A stretch of 64,000 bases of DNA from Macrostomum hystrix (GCA_950097015.1 CATNEN010000028.1:62001-126000); one strand, 5' to 3'. Counted from the first letter of the stretch, positions 13,901 to 28,900 are shown. The notes: generated from the sequence alone by a model not told the origin. Numbers and translations: made by a program.

Positions 13901-16900
13901 CACAGGTAGCACTGTTCTGCATGTGGCCGCCAGCAAGCGTGACCTGGAGATGGTGAAGATTCTATGTGATTCAGGTGCCGAAGTCAACGCGCAGAATGTG
14001 AGTTCAATGCTGTGTAAAATTTGAACTCCTATCTGGTTGCTTGATAAGCACACACGCGCTGTGTTGTCCTACAGAAAGCCGGCTTGACGCCGTTGCACAT
14101 CAGCGCCAACGAGGGGGACGAGGTGGTCGTCCGTTTCCTGCACTCGAACAAGGCCGACGCATCGATTCTAGACAAGGTGAGGCTTTGAATGGCATATAGT
14201 TCTTGGATTTCTTTGAGTCTCGTGATGTTTTATGAGTGGCTGATCATTTCAGAGATGTTTCATGAGTGGCTGATGATTTCAATAATGCTTCATGAGTGGC
14301 TGATGATTTCAGAGATGTTTCATGAGTGGCTGATCATTTCCGAGATGTTTCATGAGTGGCTGATGATTTCAGAGATGTTTCATGAGTGGCTGATGATTTC
14401 CGAGATGTTTCATGAGTGGCTGATGATTTCAGAGATGCTTCATGAGTGGCTGATGATTTCCGAGATGTTTCATGAGTGGCTGATGACTTCCGAGATGTTT
14501 CATGAGTGGCTGATGATTTCCGAGATGTTTCATGAGTGGCTGATGATTTCCGAGATGTTTCATGAGTGGCTGATTATTTCAATAATGCTTCATGAGTGGC
14601 TGATGATTTCCGAGATGTTTCATGAGTGGCTGATGATTTCAGAGATGCTTCATGAGTGGCTGATGATTTTAGAGATGTTTCATGAGTGGCTGATGATTTC
14701 AGAGATGTTTCATGAGTGGCTGATGATTTCCGAGATGTTTCATGAGTGGCTGATGATTTCAGAGATGCTTCATAAGTGGCTGATGATTTCCGAGATGTTT
14801 CATGAGTGGCTGATGATTTCCGAGATGTTTCATGAGTGGCTGATGATTTCCGAGATGTTTCATGAGTGGCTGATGATTTCCGAGATGTTTCATGAGTGGC
14901 TGATTATTTCAATAATGCTTCATGAGTGGCTGATGATTTCCGAGATGTTTCATGAGTGGCTGATGATTTCAGAGATGCTTCATGAGTGGCTGATGATTTT
15001 AGAGATGTTTCATGAGTGGCTGATGATTTCAGAGATGTTTCATGAGTGGCTAATGATTTCAGAGATGTTTCATGAGTGGCTGATGATTTCAGAGATGCTT
15101 CATGAGTGGCTAATGATTTCCGAGATGTTTCATGAGTGGCTAATGATTTCAGAGATGTTTCATGAGTGGCTGATGATTTCAGAGATGTTTCATGAGTGGC
15201 TAATGATTTCAGAGATGTTTCATGAGTGGCTGATGATTTCCGAGATGTTTCATGAGTGGCTGATGATTTCAGAGATGCTTCATAAGTGGCTGATGATTTC
15301 CGAGATGTTTCATGAGTGGCTGATGATTTCCGAGATGTTTCATGAGTGGCTGATGATTTCCGAGATGTTTCATGAGTGGCTGATGATTTCCGAGATGTTT
15401 CATGAGTGGCTGATTATTTCAATAATGCTTCATGAGTGGCTGATGATTTCCGAGATGTTTCATGAGTGGCTGATGATTTCAGAGATGCTTCATGAGTGGC
15501 TGATGATTTTAGAGATGTTTCATGAGTGGCTGATGATTTCAGAGATGTTTCATGAGTGGCTAATGATTTCAGAGATGTTTCATGAGTGGCTGATGATTTC
15601 AGAGATGCTTCATGAGTGGCTAATGATTTCCGAGATGTTTCATGAGTGGCTAATGATTTCAGAGATGTTTCATGAGTGGCTGATGATTTCAGAGATGTTT
15701 CATGAGTGGCTAATGATTTCAGAGATGTTTCATGACTGGCTAATGATTTCAGAGATGTTTCATGAGTGGCTGATCATTTCAGAGATGTTTCATGAGTGGC
15801 TAATGATTTCAGAGATGTTTCATGACTGGCTAATGATTTCAGAGATGTTTCATGAGTGGCTAATGATTTCAGAGATGTTTCATGAGTGGCTGATTATTTC
15901 AATAATGCTTCATGAGTGGCTATAATAATTTAAATATTTTCAGGAGGGCTGAAAATTCGGCCATAGACCCGCAGCCAATTCCGCCCATTTCGCTGACTCC
16001 TGAGCACACACTCACACGGATGCCGTACGCAGGTGCACACTCACACAGGTCATCTGCCCTGACTTTCTAATCATTAGGCAGTGTACACTCTCAATGTACT
16101 TTGGAGGTTGGCTTTCAAGGGCTAAAATTGCACCACACGCCCCAAAGCCTTCTCACTGCGGCTGCGCCCCAAATAAATATGGCCTTACCGCGGAATAGAG
16201 CTTAGACACCTTGGTGCGAGTCAGAAATGCGTTAACCGCTCTGCCTTTCAAGAGTGGCTGAAGCCTTTGAAGATGTTTCTGGGTGTCTGATACATTTTAA
16301 TTAGTTATGGTAGTTTCAGATGTTTATTGCCTAATCACGAATGTTTCGATTAGAAGCGTAGATTTGCTTGCCCGAAATCCTTGCAGCTGGACCGCAGTCC
16401 ACTTCACATGGCGGCCGAACGCGGCCAGACGAAGATTGTTGAGCTGCTTATCGACAAGTTCAAATGCAACGTGCTGGCTCGCACCAAGGACGGCAGCACC
16501 CTGATGCATGTGACGTCACAGTTTGGCTTCCCTGACACCACCATGGCGTTCTTGCGTCGCGGCGTTCCACTCCACATGCCCAACAAGAGCGGCGGCGTCT
16601 GCCTGCACGCTGCAGCCAGCAGCGGCCACGCCAGCGTTGTCCGCAACCTGCTGGAGAAGGGCGCCAATGTCAACGCTGTCACCAAAGACCGACTGACCGC
16701 CCTACACGAAGCTGTCGCCAGGGGACACCCGTCCGTGGTCGAAACGCTGCTTGGCTTCGGGGCGCAGGTTTGTCTGCGGGTCTTGCATAACCAACCAGAC
16801 CGATTCGAACATTTTTACTAACTCACTGCTCAAACAGTCCCTACCCCACACCGAACACTCCAGGTGGACGTGAAAGGCGGCGAAGACGAGGATACGCCGC

Positions 16901-19900
16901 TGCACCTGGCGGCCAGAACCGACGGTGGCGAGCGCTGCGCCGAGATGCTGTTGAAGAGCGGCGCCAATGTCAACAAAGCAAATCGGCTGGGCCAGACACC
17001 GCTGCACACGGCGGCCAAGGGGGGCAATGTTGACATGCTGATGGCGCTGCTTGCCGAGTCCGGCGACCCAACTCGCGTCTGTCAGCAGGTGAGGCCTCCA
17101 AGATATCCCATTCGCTCAGTTTATGTGTTATGGGAGCTTTTAGCGGTTAGTGGTTTGAGTTCTGACTTTTGAACGACAGGTCGGGAGTTTGAATCTCAGC
17201 GCAAGGGAAGCGATTTGTGTCCCTGAGCATGTGTCCCTGTCCTTAACCCATTAAGCATTAGCTGGGGGATAAATATGGGTGGGTGTGGCGGGCCCATCAT
17301 TTCACAGACTGAACAGCTGTTACACAGCCTTGGGAGCGCTGAGCAATAGCTGCGCTTGTACCACCACTGGCTATACATCTGGCCTAACTGGGCTTAATTT
17401 CTATTGTCTGGTGACAGCGGTCTAACGCGTGTGCTGCGTGATCACGGAGCTCGATTCCGCGGTGAGGCCACATTAATTTGGGGCGCAGCCGCGGAGAGAA
17501 GGCTTGGGGGCTTGCCGTACAATTTACGCCCTCGTTTAAATGTCATTCCCATCCGTTTGAATGGTATGAAACGCAGGAATCCATCCTTTTATTCCCGCAG
17601 GGCAATAGTCCTTTGCACCTTGCTGCCCGGCACTGTCGCTACGCCGTCGCCAAGGCCATAATTGAGCACGTCGAGTCCAACAAGTCGCATCATGACGCTG
17701 TGCACCTGGTGAACCTGGGCAACAAGGAGGGAGAAACTGCCCTGCATTACGCTGCCGAACTGGCCAAGGACAAGGCTGCAGGCGACTTTGACGACACGGA
17801 CCTTGTAAAGCTGCTGCTGCGTTACGAAGGCGACATCAGCGTACCGACTAAGTTTGTGAGTCCCAGAGGAAACAAACATCAAGGGAAGCAAAATGGAATG
17901 GGCACAGTATAAAAGTACATTTCATTCCGAAACCCACCGATTCGCTCAGACAATGGAGACGCCGTTGCACTACTGCGCTAGATCCGGAAATGAGGACATC
18001 CTGCTGGAGATTGTCAAATTTCTCGATCACCGAATTCAATTGGTGGTCAATAAGCAATCGTCGGTAAGTCCTTGTTCTAACCTAGCTAACATTTATCTAA
18101 TCTGCTTTCTATCAATACCAAAATTGGTCAAATCTATTCACTCTTCAGCTAACCTATTTATGTTTGACAGCGTTAATAAAATCTATCGTTTCGTTGATCT
18201 ATCATTTAATTCATCTGGTGGATTGATCTATTGTTGCATGAATTAATTCTCCAACCAACTGCACAGAACGGCTGGTCGCCGCTGCTCATAGCTAGCGACT
18301 GCGGACGCGAGGGCATTGTGCAGATCCTGCTCAAGAAGCACGCCAGAGTTGACGTGTTTGATACCGTGAGTTCATTTGCTTTGGTTTACAAAGTATAATA
18401 ACATCAGTAAAATGACTCAACGAAACACTGTTCTCAAACTTCCACAGAAAGGCTTCGCCGCCCTTCACTTGGCAGCCAAGAACAATCACGCCAATGTGGT
18501 CCGCAGTCTGCTGAGAATGAACGCATTCGTCAATGCCAAGAGCAAGGAGTGCTACACACCGCTGCACATGGCTGCCCAGGAGGGCCACAATGAGGTTGTG
18601 AAACTACTGCTCAAGCAAGATGGCGTCGAGGTTGATGCCAGAACTCTGGTGAGCTCGCTGGCTTAACGTCGTTCCAGCCACATTCCTTCTGTACATCTAT
18701 CCACATTCCCTCCATAAACCATCCACATTCCCTCCACAAACCATTCACATTCACTCCACAAATCTATTCACATTCCCTCCACAAATCTATTCACATTCCC
18801 TCCACAAATCTATTCACATTCCCTCCACAAACCATTCACATTCACTCCACAAATCTATTCACATTCCCTCCACAAATCTATTCACATTCACTCCACAAAT
18901 CTATTCACATTCCCTCCACAAATCTATTCACATTCACTCCACAAATCTATTCACATTCACTCCACAAATCTATTCACATTCCCTCCACAAATCTATTCAC
19001 ATTCACTCCACAAATCTATTCACATTCCCTCCACAAATCTATTCACATTCCCTCCACAAATCTATCCACATTCACTCCACAAATCTATTCACATTCACTC
19101 CACAAATCTATTCACATTCACTCCACAAACCATCCACATTCCCTCCACAAACCATCCACATTCCCTCCACAAATCTATCCACATTCACTCCACAAACCAT
19201 GCACATTCACTCCACAAACCATCCACATTCCCTCCACAAATCTATTCACATTCACTCCACAAACCATGCACATTCACTCCACAAATCTATCCACATTCAC
19301 TCCACAAATCTATTCACATTCACTCCACAAATCTATTCACATTCACTCCACAAATCTATTCACATTCCCTCCACAAATCTATTCACATTCCCTCCACAAA
19401 TCTATTCACATTCCCTCCACAAACCATTCACATTCACTCCACAAATCTATTCACATTCCCTCCACAAATCTATTCACATTCACTCCACAAATCTATTCAC
19501 ATTCCCTCCACAAATCTATTCACATTCACTCCACAAATCTATTCACATTCACTCCACAAATCTATTCACATTCCCTCCACAAATCTATTCACATTCACTC
19601 CACAAATCTATTCACATTCCCTCCACAAATCTATTCACATTCCCTCCACAAATCTATCCACATTCACTCCACAAATCTATTCACATTCACTCCACAAATC
19701 TATTCACATTCACTCCACAAACCATCCACATTCCCTCCACAAACCATCCACATTCACTCCACAAATCTATTCACATTCACTCCTCAAACCATGCACATTC
19801 ACCCCACAAATCTATTCACATTCCCTCCACAAACCATCCACATTCACTCCACAAATCTATTCACATTCACTCCACAAATCTATTCACATTCACTCCTCAA

Positions 19901-22900
19901 ACCATGCACATTCACCCCACAAATCTATTCACATTCACTCCACAAATCTATTCACATTCACTCCACAAACCATCCACATTCACTCCACAAATCTATTCAC
20001 ATTCCCTCCACAAATCTATTCACATTCACTCCTCAAACCATGCACATTCACCCCACAAATCTATTCACATTCCCTCCACAAACCATCCACATTCACTCCA
20101 CAAATCTATTCACATTCACTCCACAAACCATCCACATTCACTCCACAAATCTATTCACATTCACTCCACAAATCTATTCACATTCACTCCTCAAACCATG
20201 CACATTCACCCCACAAATCTATTCACATTCACTCCACAAATCTATTCACATTCACTCCACAAACCATCCACATTCACTCCACAAATCTATTCACATTCCC
20301 TCCACAAATCTATTCACATTCACTCCTCAAACCATGCACATTCACCCCACAAATCTATTCACATTCCCTCCACAAACCATCCACATTCCCTCCACAAACC
20401 ATCCACATTCACTCCACAAATCTATTCACATTCACTCCTCAAACCATGCACATTCACCCCACAAATCTATTCACATTCACTCCTCAAACCATGCACATTC
20501 ACCCCACAAATCTATTCACATTCACTCCACAAATCTATTCACATTCACTCCACAAACCATCCACATTCACTCCACAAATCTATTCACATTCCCTCCACAA
20601 ATCTATTCACATTCACTCCTCAAACCATGCACATTCACCCCACAAATCTATTCACATTCCCTCCACAAACCATCCACATTCCCTCCACAAACCATCCACA
20701 TTCACTCCACAAATCTATTCACATTCACTCCTCAAACCATGCACATTCACCCCACAAATCTATTCACATTCCCTCCACAAACCATCCACATTCCCTCCAC
20801 AAACCATCCACATTCACTCCACAAATCTATTCACATTCACTCCTCAAACCATGCACATTCACCCCACAAATCTATTCACATTCCCTCCACAAACCATCCA
20901 CATTCACTCCACAAATCTATTCACATTCACTCCACAAACCATCCACATTCACTCCACAAATCTATTCACATTCACTCCACAAATCTATTCACATTCACTC
21001 CACAAACCATCCACATTCACTCCACAAACCATCCACATTCACTCCACAAATCTATTCACATTCCCTCCACAAACTATCCACATTCACTCCACAAATCTAT
21101 TCACATTCCCTCCACAAACCATCCACATTCACTCCACAAATCTATTCACATTCACTCCACAAACCATCCACATTCACTCCTCAAACCATGCACATTCACC
21201 CCACAAATCTATTCACATTCCCTCCACAAACCATCCACATTCACTCCACAAATCTATTCACATTCACTCCTCAAACCATGCACATTCACTCCACAAATCT
21301 ATTCACATTCACTCCTCAAACCATGCACATTCGCTCCACAAACCATCCACATTCACTCCACAAACCATCCACATTCACTCCACAAACCATCCACATTCCC
21401 TCCACAAACCATCCACATTCACTCCACAAACCATCCACATTCCCTCCACAAATCTATCCACATTCCCTCCACAAACCATCCACATTCCCTCCACAAACCA
21501 TCCACATTCCCTCCACAAATCTATCCACATTCCCTCCACAAACCATCCACATTCACTCCACAAACCATCCACATTCACTCCACAAATCTATCCACATTCC
21601 CTCCACAAACCATCCACATTCCCTCCACAAACCATCCACATTCCCTCCACAAACCATCCACATTCACTCCACAAATCTATCCACATTCGCTCCACAAACC
21701 ATCCACATTCCCTCCACAAACCATCCACATTCCCTCCACAAACCATCCACATTCACTCCACAAATCTATCCACATTCCCTCCACAAACCATCCACATTCC
21801 CTCCACAAACCATCCACATTCACTCCACAAATCTATCCACATTCGCTCCACAAACCATCCACATTCCCTCCACAAACCATCCACATTCACTCCACAAACC
21901 ATCCACATTCACTCCACAAATCTATCCACATTCCCTCCACAAACCATCCACATTCGCTCCACAAACCATCCACATTCCCTCCACAAACCATCCACATTCA
22001 CTCCACAAACCATCCACATTCCCTCCACAAATATATCCACATTCCCTCCACAAACCATCCACATTCCCTCCACAAACCATCCACATTCACTCCACAAACC
22101 ATCCACATTCCCTCCACAAACCATCCACATTCCCTCCACAAACCATCCACATTCCCTCCACAAACCATCCACATTCACTCCACAAACCATTCACATTCCC
22201 TCCACAAACCATCCACATTCACTCCACAAATCTATTCACATTCACTCCACAAACCATCCACATTCACTCCTCAAACCATGCACATTCACCCCACAAATCT
22301 ATTCACATTCCCTCCACAAACCATCCACATTCACTCCACAAATCTATTCACATTCACTCCTCAAACCATGCACATTCACTCCACAAATCTATTCACATTC
22401 ACTCCACAAACCATCCACATTCACTCCACAAATCTATTCACATTTCCTCCACAAACTATCCACATTCACTCCACAAATCTATTCACATTCCCTCCACAAA
22501 CCATCCACATTCACTCCACAAATCTATTCACATTCACTCCACAAACCATCCACATTCACTCCTCAAACCATGCACATTCACCCCACAAATCTATTCACAT
22601 TCCCTCCACAAACCATCCACATTCACTCCACAAACCATCCACATTCACTCCTCAAACCATGCACATTCACCCCACAAATCTATTCACATTCCCTCCACAA
22701 ACCATCCACATTCACTCCACAAATCTATTCACATTCACTCCTCAAACCATGCACATTCACTCCTCAAACCATGCACATTCGCTCCACAAACCATCCACAT
22801 TCACTCCACAAACCATCCACATTCACTCCACAAACCATCCACATTCCCTCCACAAACCATCCACATTCACTCCACAAACCATCCACATTCCCTCCACAAA

Positions 22901-25900
22901 TCTATCCACATTCCCTCCACAAACCATCCACATTCCCTCCACAAACCATCCACATTCCCTCCACAAATCTATCCACATTCCCTCCACAAACCATCCACAT
23001 TCACTCCACAAACCATCCACATTCACTCCACAAATCTATCCACATTCCCTCCACAAACCATCCACATTCGCTCCACAAACCATCCACATTCCCTCCACAA
23101 ATCTATCCACATTCCCTCCACAAACCATCCACATTCACTCCACAAATCTATCCACATTCGCTCCACAAACCATCCACATTCCCTCCACAAACCATCCACA
23201 TTCCCTCCACAAATCTATCCACATTCCCTCCACAAACCATCCACATTCACTCCACAAACCATCCACATTCACTCCACAAATCTATCCACATTCCCTCCAC
23301 AAACCATCCACATTCGCTCCACAAACCATCCACATTCCCTCCACAAACCATCCACATTCACTCCACAAACCATCCACATTCCCTCCACAAATCTATCCAC
23401 ATTCCCTCCACAAACCATCCACATTCCCTCCACAAACCATCCACATTCCCTCCACAAATCTATCCACATTCCCTCCACAAACCATCCACATTCCCTCCAC
23501 AAACCATCCACATTCACTCCACAAACCATCCACATTCACTCCACAAACCATCCACATTCCCTCCATAAACCATCCACATTCCCTCCACAAACCATCCACA
23601 TTCACTCCACAAACCTATCCACATTCGCTCCACAAACCATCCACATTCACTCCACAAACCATCCACATTCCCTCCACAAACCATCCACATTCGCTCCACA
23701 AACCATCCACATTCACTCCACAAACCATCCACATTCGCTCCACAAACCATCCACATTCCCTCCACAAACCATCCACATTCACTCCACAAACCATCCACAT
23801 TCCCTCCACAAATCTATCCACATTCCCTCCACAAACCATCCACATTCCCTCCACAAACCATCCACATTCACTCCACAAACCATCCACATTCCCTCCACAA
23901 ACCATCCACATTCACTCCACAAACCATCCACATTCCCTCCACAAACCATCCACATTCCCTCCACAAACCATCAACATTCCCTCCACAAACCATCCACATT
24001 CACTCCACAAACCATCCACATTCACTCCACAAACCATCCACATTCACTCCACAAACCATCCACATTCACTCCACAAACCATCCACATTCACTCCACAAAC
24101 CATCCACATTCACTCCACAAATCTATCCACATTCACTCCACAAACCATCCACATTCCCTCCACAAACCATCCACATTCCCTCCACAAACCATCCACATTC
24201 CCTCCACAAATCTATCCACATTCACTCCACAAATCTATTCACATTCACTCCTCAAACCATGCACATTCACCCCACAAATCTATTCACATTCCCTCCACAA
24301 ACCATCCACATTCGCTCCACAAACCATCCACATTCCCTCCACAAACCATCCACATTCACTCCACAAACCATCCACATTCACTCCACAAACCATCCACATT
24401 CACTCCACAAACCATCCACATTCACTCCACAAATCTATCCACATTCACTCCACAAACTATCCACATTCCCTCCACAAATCTATCCACATTCACTCCACAA
24501 ATCTATCCACATTCCCTCCATAAACCATCCACATTCCCTCCACAAATCTATCCACATTCCCTCCACAAACCATCCACATTCACTCCACAAATCTATCCAC
24601 ATTACTTCTCCAGCACTCGAAGACGCCGCTGCACTTGGCTGCACAGCGAGGCCACAAGGAGGTTTGCGAGACTTTAGTTGACCACAATGCAGACACGAAA
24701 GCAACAGACAATGTGAGTTTTCAGACATTTTCATACGCTACAAGTTACCTAAATAGTTCTAGATTTCTTAAAGATTTCGTGAAGAGGCACTGCAAAATAG
24801 GATAAGAATTATATAATAATTATATATATGGAGAGGTTGTAGCCTAGTGGTTAAGGCGTCGGACTCACGACTTGAAGGTCGGGGGTTCGATTCCCGACTC
24901 CACTGGAACAATTTGCGTCCTTTAGCAAGACACTTAACTCTGCATTGCTTCAGTTCACCCAGCTGTTAAATGGGTACCAGCATCAGCTGGGATAATTGAA
25001 GGTGGGTGTGGCGTCCCCCCAGTCCGTGGACTGAACAGCTGTACGCAGCCTTCAGATGCGCCGCGCATTAGCTGCGGCTGTGCTGTCGGCTGCACATCTG
25101 ACCCAATTGGGGCAGGTGTAATCAATGTGTAGAACAAGATATCCTTATCCGAAAATTTTTTTGTTAAAATATTTTTACTGAAATCGAAAAATTACTAAAA
25201 ATAAGAAATATTAGACTTGAAAAAATATTTGTTTTAATCTTAATCAAATATGTCAAATGCTTGTTACACTGGAAGGGGGTGGGGCAGAGCACTTCAAAGC
25301 GTTTGCCTCTCGCGCCAAGGTCCCTGAGCTCGAATCCACGGCGAGGCCACATTCATTTGGGGCGCAGAGTTGGCTCGGGAGCTTGTTGCACAATCTTCGT
25401 CCATTGTGACCAACCCCGTCAAGGCTCACATGAAGATTGTACACTGCCTGACGATGAGATAGTCAGGGCTGTTGCACACACCTGTGTGAGTGTGTGCCTA
25501 TGGGCAAAATTGGCTCCTCTCAATTTCAGAACGGTCAAACACCGCTTCACCTGGCCGCCGAGCACGACAAGTCGCACGTGGTGAAAATGTTCCTGCGGAA
25601 GAAGGACATTGTCACCTTGTCTAGCGCTGTGAGAGCAAATCTTTTGACAATTTCCTTCTTTCACATTGTGCATTGTTACTGATATCAACAGACAATTTTG
25701 TACCACTATTTCAGGACGATGTACGTAGAGGCCAAGATGCATTGTCTTGTTGATTATATTTTTTGTTTGAGAATTATTTTCAAAAGGCATATATAGTCGT
25801 ACATAATGCACAGAATCAGAAATATAAAAAGCAAAAAGATGCACCTAGAAATAGTTTTTTCTTTTCTGTTAAAGAATTATTCTACACCTAGTTTAACGAT

Positions 25901-28900
25901 CGCAACTCAATTCTCTTTATCCAACAACTGAAGATATTATTGTTTTCAGTAGTAAATTAAGTATCATTTCTGTTACATTTTTTCTTATACAATCGCTGTA
26001 CACAAGATGAACTAGTTTATCGAAGAATTTCGGTCATTCTTCGCGGCTTGCAGAAAGGCATGACCTGCGCTCACATTGCGGCCAGCAAGGGCAGCATCTC
26101 CGTCATCAACGAGCTGCTCCGGTCGAATCGCAACCTGCTGTGCACAGCCAAGATTAAAATCAACGGCTGCACGGCGCTGCACCTGGCGGCTCAGGAAGGC
26201 CACGAGAAGGTCGTCCGCCTGCTGGTCGAAGCAGGAGCTTCACCGTCTGAGGAGAACTTGGAGGGCCTCACGCCGCTGCACTTGGCGGCGCAGAACGGAC
26301 ACTCCAAGGTGCGGGGCTGGCTGTGGGAGTAGAGTTTGGGTAGAGTGGGGAGTAGAGTTTAGGGTAGAGTGGGGAGTAAAGTTTGGGGTAGAGTGGGGGA
26401 GTAAAGTTTCGGGTAGAGTGGGGAGTAAAGTTTGGGGTAGAGTGGGGGAGTAGAGTTTAGGGTAGAGTGGGAGAGTAGAGTTTCGGGAAGAGTGGGGAGT
26501 AAAGTTTGGGGTAGAGTTAGGAACAAAAGTAAAGGGTAGGGGTAAGTTAAGGGGTTGTATGGGATTGAGTTAGGAGTAGAGTTAAGAGTAGGGTTACAGG
26601 TAGAGTGTGGGAGTAGTTTTACGGGTAGAGTGTGGGAGTAGAGTTACGGGTAGAGTGTGGGAGTAGAGTTTAGGGAAGCAGCTCGGGGTTTCATTTTTCC
26701 CAACGCCCGCCAAAATCTCGAGCAGGTGCTGCAGGCGCTGAAGGAGAAGGTCGACCTGCGCATTGCGTCGAAGAAGTCCGGCCTGACGCCGTTGCATATC
26801 GCCGCCTACGCCGGTCGGCAGGAGTTTGTGCAAGAGATACTCACGAAGGTTCCAGCGAACCTGGCCTCGCTGAAGCCAAAGGATCACAGCCTAATCAAGG
26901 AGATGGTGGCCGATGTGAGTAAAGACGGACTTTGAGACAGTTGAATTTGAGCTCAAGCTGCAACCATGTCACGATGCTTGACTCTGTTTTTTTTCAGTAC
27001 GGGTTCACCCCGCTGCACCTGGCCAGTCAGAGCGGCCACGAAAGCTTGGTTAGATACCTGCTCAACAGCACCGGAGTCAAGGTGGACTCAGCCACTATCA
27101 AGCATGTGAGCACTATTGAAATAATCAGACAATCTAAATGTTTGAGGCACTGTCAACTATTCTCACATTCCTATTTAAAGTTTGGTTCGTTGGGACCAAT
27201 ATTATTGTTTCCAAGCTGTCTCGGGCACACTCAAATCTTCAAAGGCACTCAATGCTCAATTGCGGCCCTCCCAACCAATCAGGGCATGATTCCGTTACAC
27301 CTGGCCGCCCAGAACGGCCAGACCAATGTGGCCAGCCTGCTGCTTAGCCGAGGCACCAATCAGGTTCGACTGGCTGACAGTCACGGCCGCACAGCGCTTC
27401 ATTGGGCTGCCAACAAAGGCCACTACGATATGGCGGCCTTGCTCGTGGGGCAGGGAGGTGATGTGAACGGACGAGACCAGGTGAGATCAGCGGCCTCACT
27501 CCCGTCCCTCCTTATTCCCATTGGCTGTCCCAATCTAAGCGCCCGCCTCACTCCCGTCCCTCCTTATTCCCTTTTGCTGTGCCAAACTAAGCGCCCGCCT
27601 CACTCCCGTCCCTCCTTATTCCCTTTTGCTGTGCCAAACTAAGCGCCCGCCTCACTCCCGTCCCTCCTTATTCCCTTTTGCTGTCCCAATCTAAGCGCCC
27701 GCCTCACTCCCGTCCCTCCTTATTCCCTTTTGCTGTGCCAAACTAAGCGCCCGCCTCACTCCCGTTCCTCCTTATTCCCATTGGCTGTCCTAATCTAAGC
27801 GCCCAATCCCCATTAAAAACGAGCGCCCACCCCTTCCCAATCCTGCCACCTTACTCCATTCTCTTACCTCTCCTCGTTACTATTGGCTGCCCGCTTTCAT
27901 TCGTCCAATCAACCGCAGAACAACTGGACGCCGTTGCACTACGCGGCCAAAACTGGGCATCTGCGAGTCGTTCAACTGCTGGTCGACTCCAAGGCAAACT
28001 GCGAAGCCGAGACCAAGGACAACAAACTGCCGGTCTCCTTCGCAGCCGAGAGCAACCACGTGGCTGTCGTCAGCTTCCTGTTGAAGGAGCGACACAGCAC
28101 CGCTCATCTGATGGAGGACTGGAAGTTCCTCTACGACATCATGCAGTGCAGCAAGAGCAGCGGCAACAAGACCCTGGAGGAGTTCATCCTGGCCTCTCCG
28201 GCGCCGGCCGAAACGGCTGCGAAGCTGTCCAGAAAATTTCGAATCCTCTCCGAACGTGAGAAGGAGCGCGCCAAGGAGCTGACGCTGATGGGCAAGCACT
28301 GCGAGCTGATGTGCGCCGAGCTGGTTGCAGTGGCCTCCACCGAGAATGGCAGCGAAGGCGCCGCCGGACTGCTGAAGGCAGTCGACAGTCGCGGAGTTCA
28401 GTTTCTGGACATTCTGCTCGAGACGGAGCAAAAGGAGGTGATCGCCCACCCGGCGGTGCAGAGATACCTCACCGACCTGTGGAAGGGCAACCTGGACTGG
28501 CCCACCTGGAAGTTTCTGCTTCTGTTCACCGTGTTTCTGCTGCTGCCGCCGGTGATGATGGTGTTCAGCTTGCCGTGGCGCAGGTATCGCTATCAGCGCA
28601 AACCGGTGATCAAGTTCATCGCCTACCTGATCGCACACTTTCACCTGATTGCCCTGTTCATGCTGGTTGCAATCGAACCAAACTGGTTAGGCTATCCCTA
28701 TTGGACTAGGCAGGACCTCATACCCACCTGGGTGGAATGCCTGCTGCTGCTGTGGCTCAGCGGTCAGCTGGTCTCCGAGCTTACCAATCCGGCCGACCGC
28801 TCCGGCCTTGGCATCTTCAAGGTAAGCTGAACTGTCTGTCCGTGTCTGCCCGTGTCCGTATCTTTCGCGTCCGTGTTAACCCGCACAGAAACACGCCGCA

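Noticed and set aside
14225-15925. CTGATGA in the 30-bp satellite as tandem hammerheads
   Set aside because: The downstream motif is GAGA rather than GAAA, and there are no compatible helices.
19199-24677. ORFs of 1040-1803 aa
   Set aside because: These are translations of a stop-free 22/23-bp satellite inside a TRPN intron, open in all three frames.
24833-24905. Possible genuine tRNA-Val gene
   Set aside because: The anticodon stem pairs poorly, there is no T-run terminator, and the sequence continues into a SINE body found at several loci.
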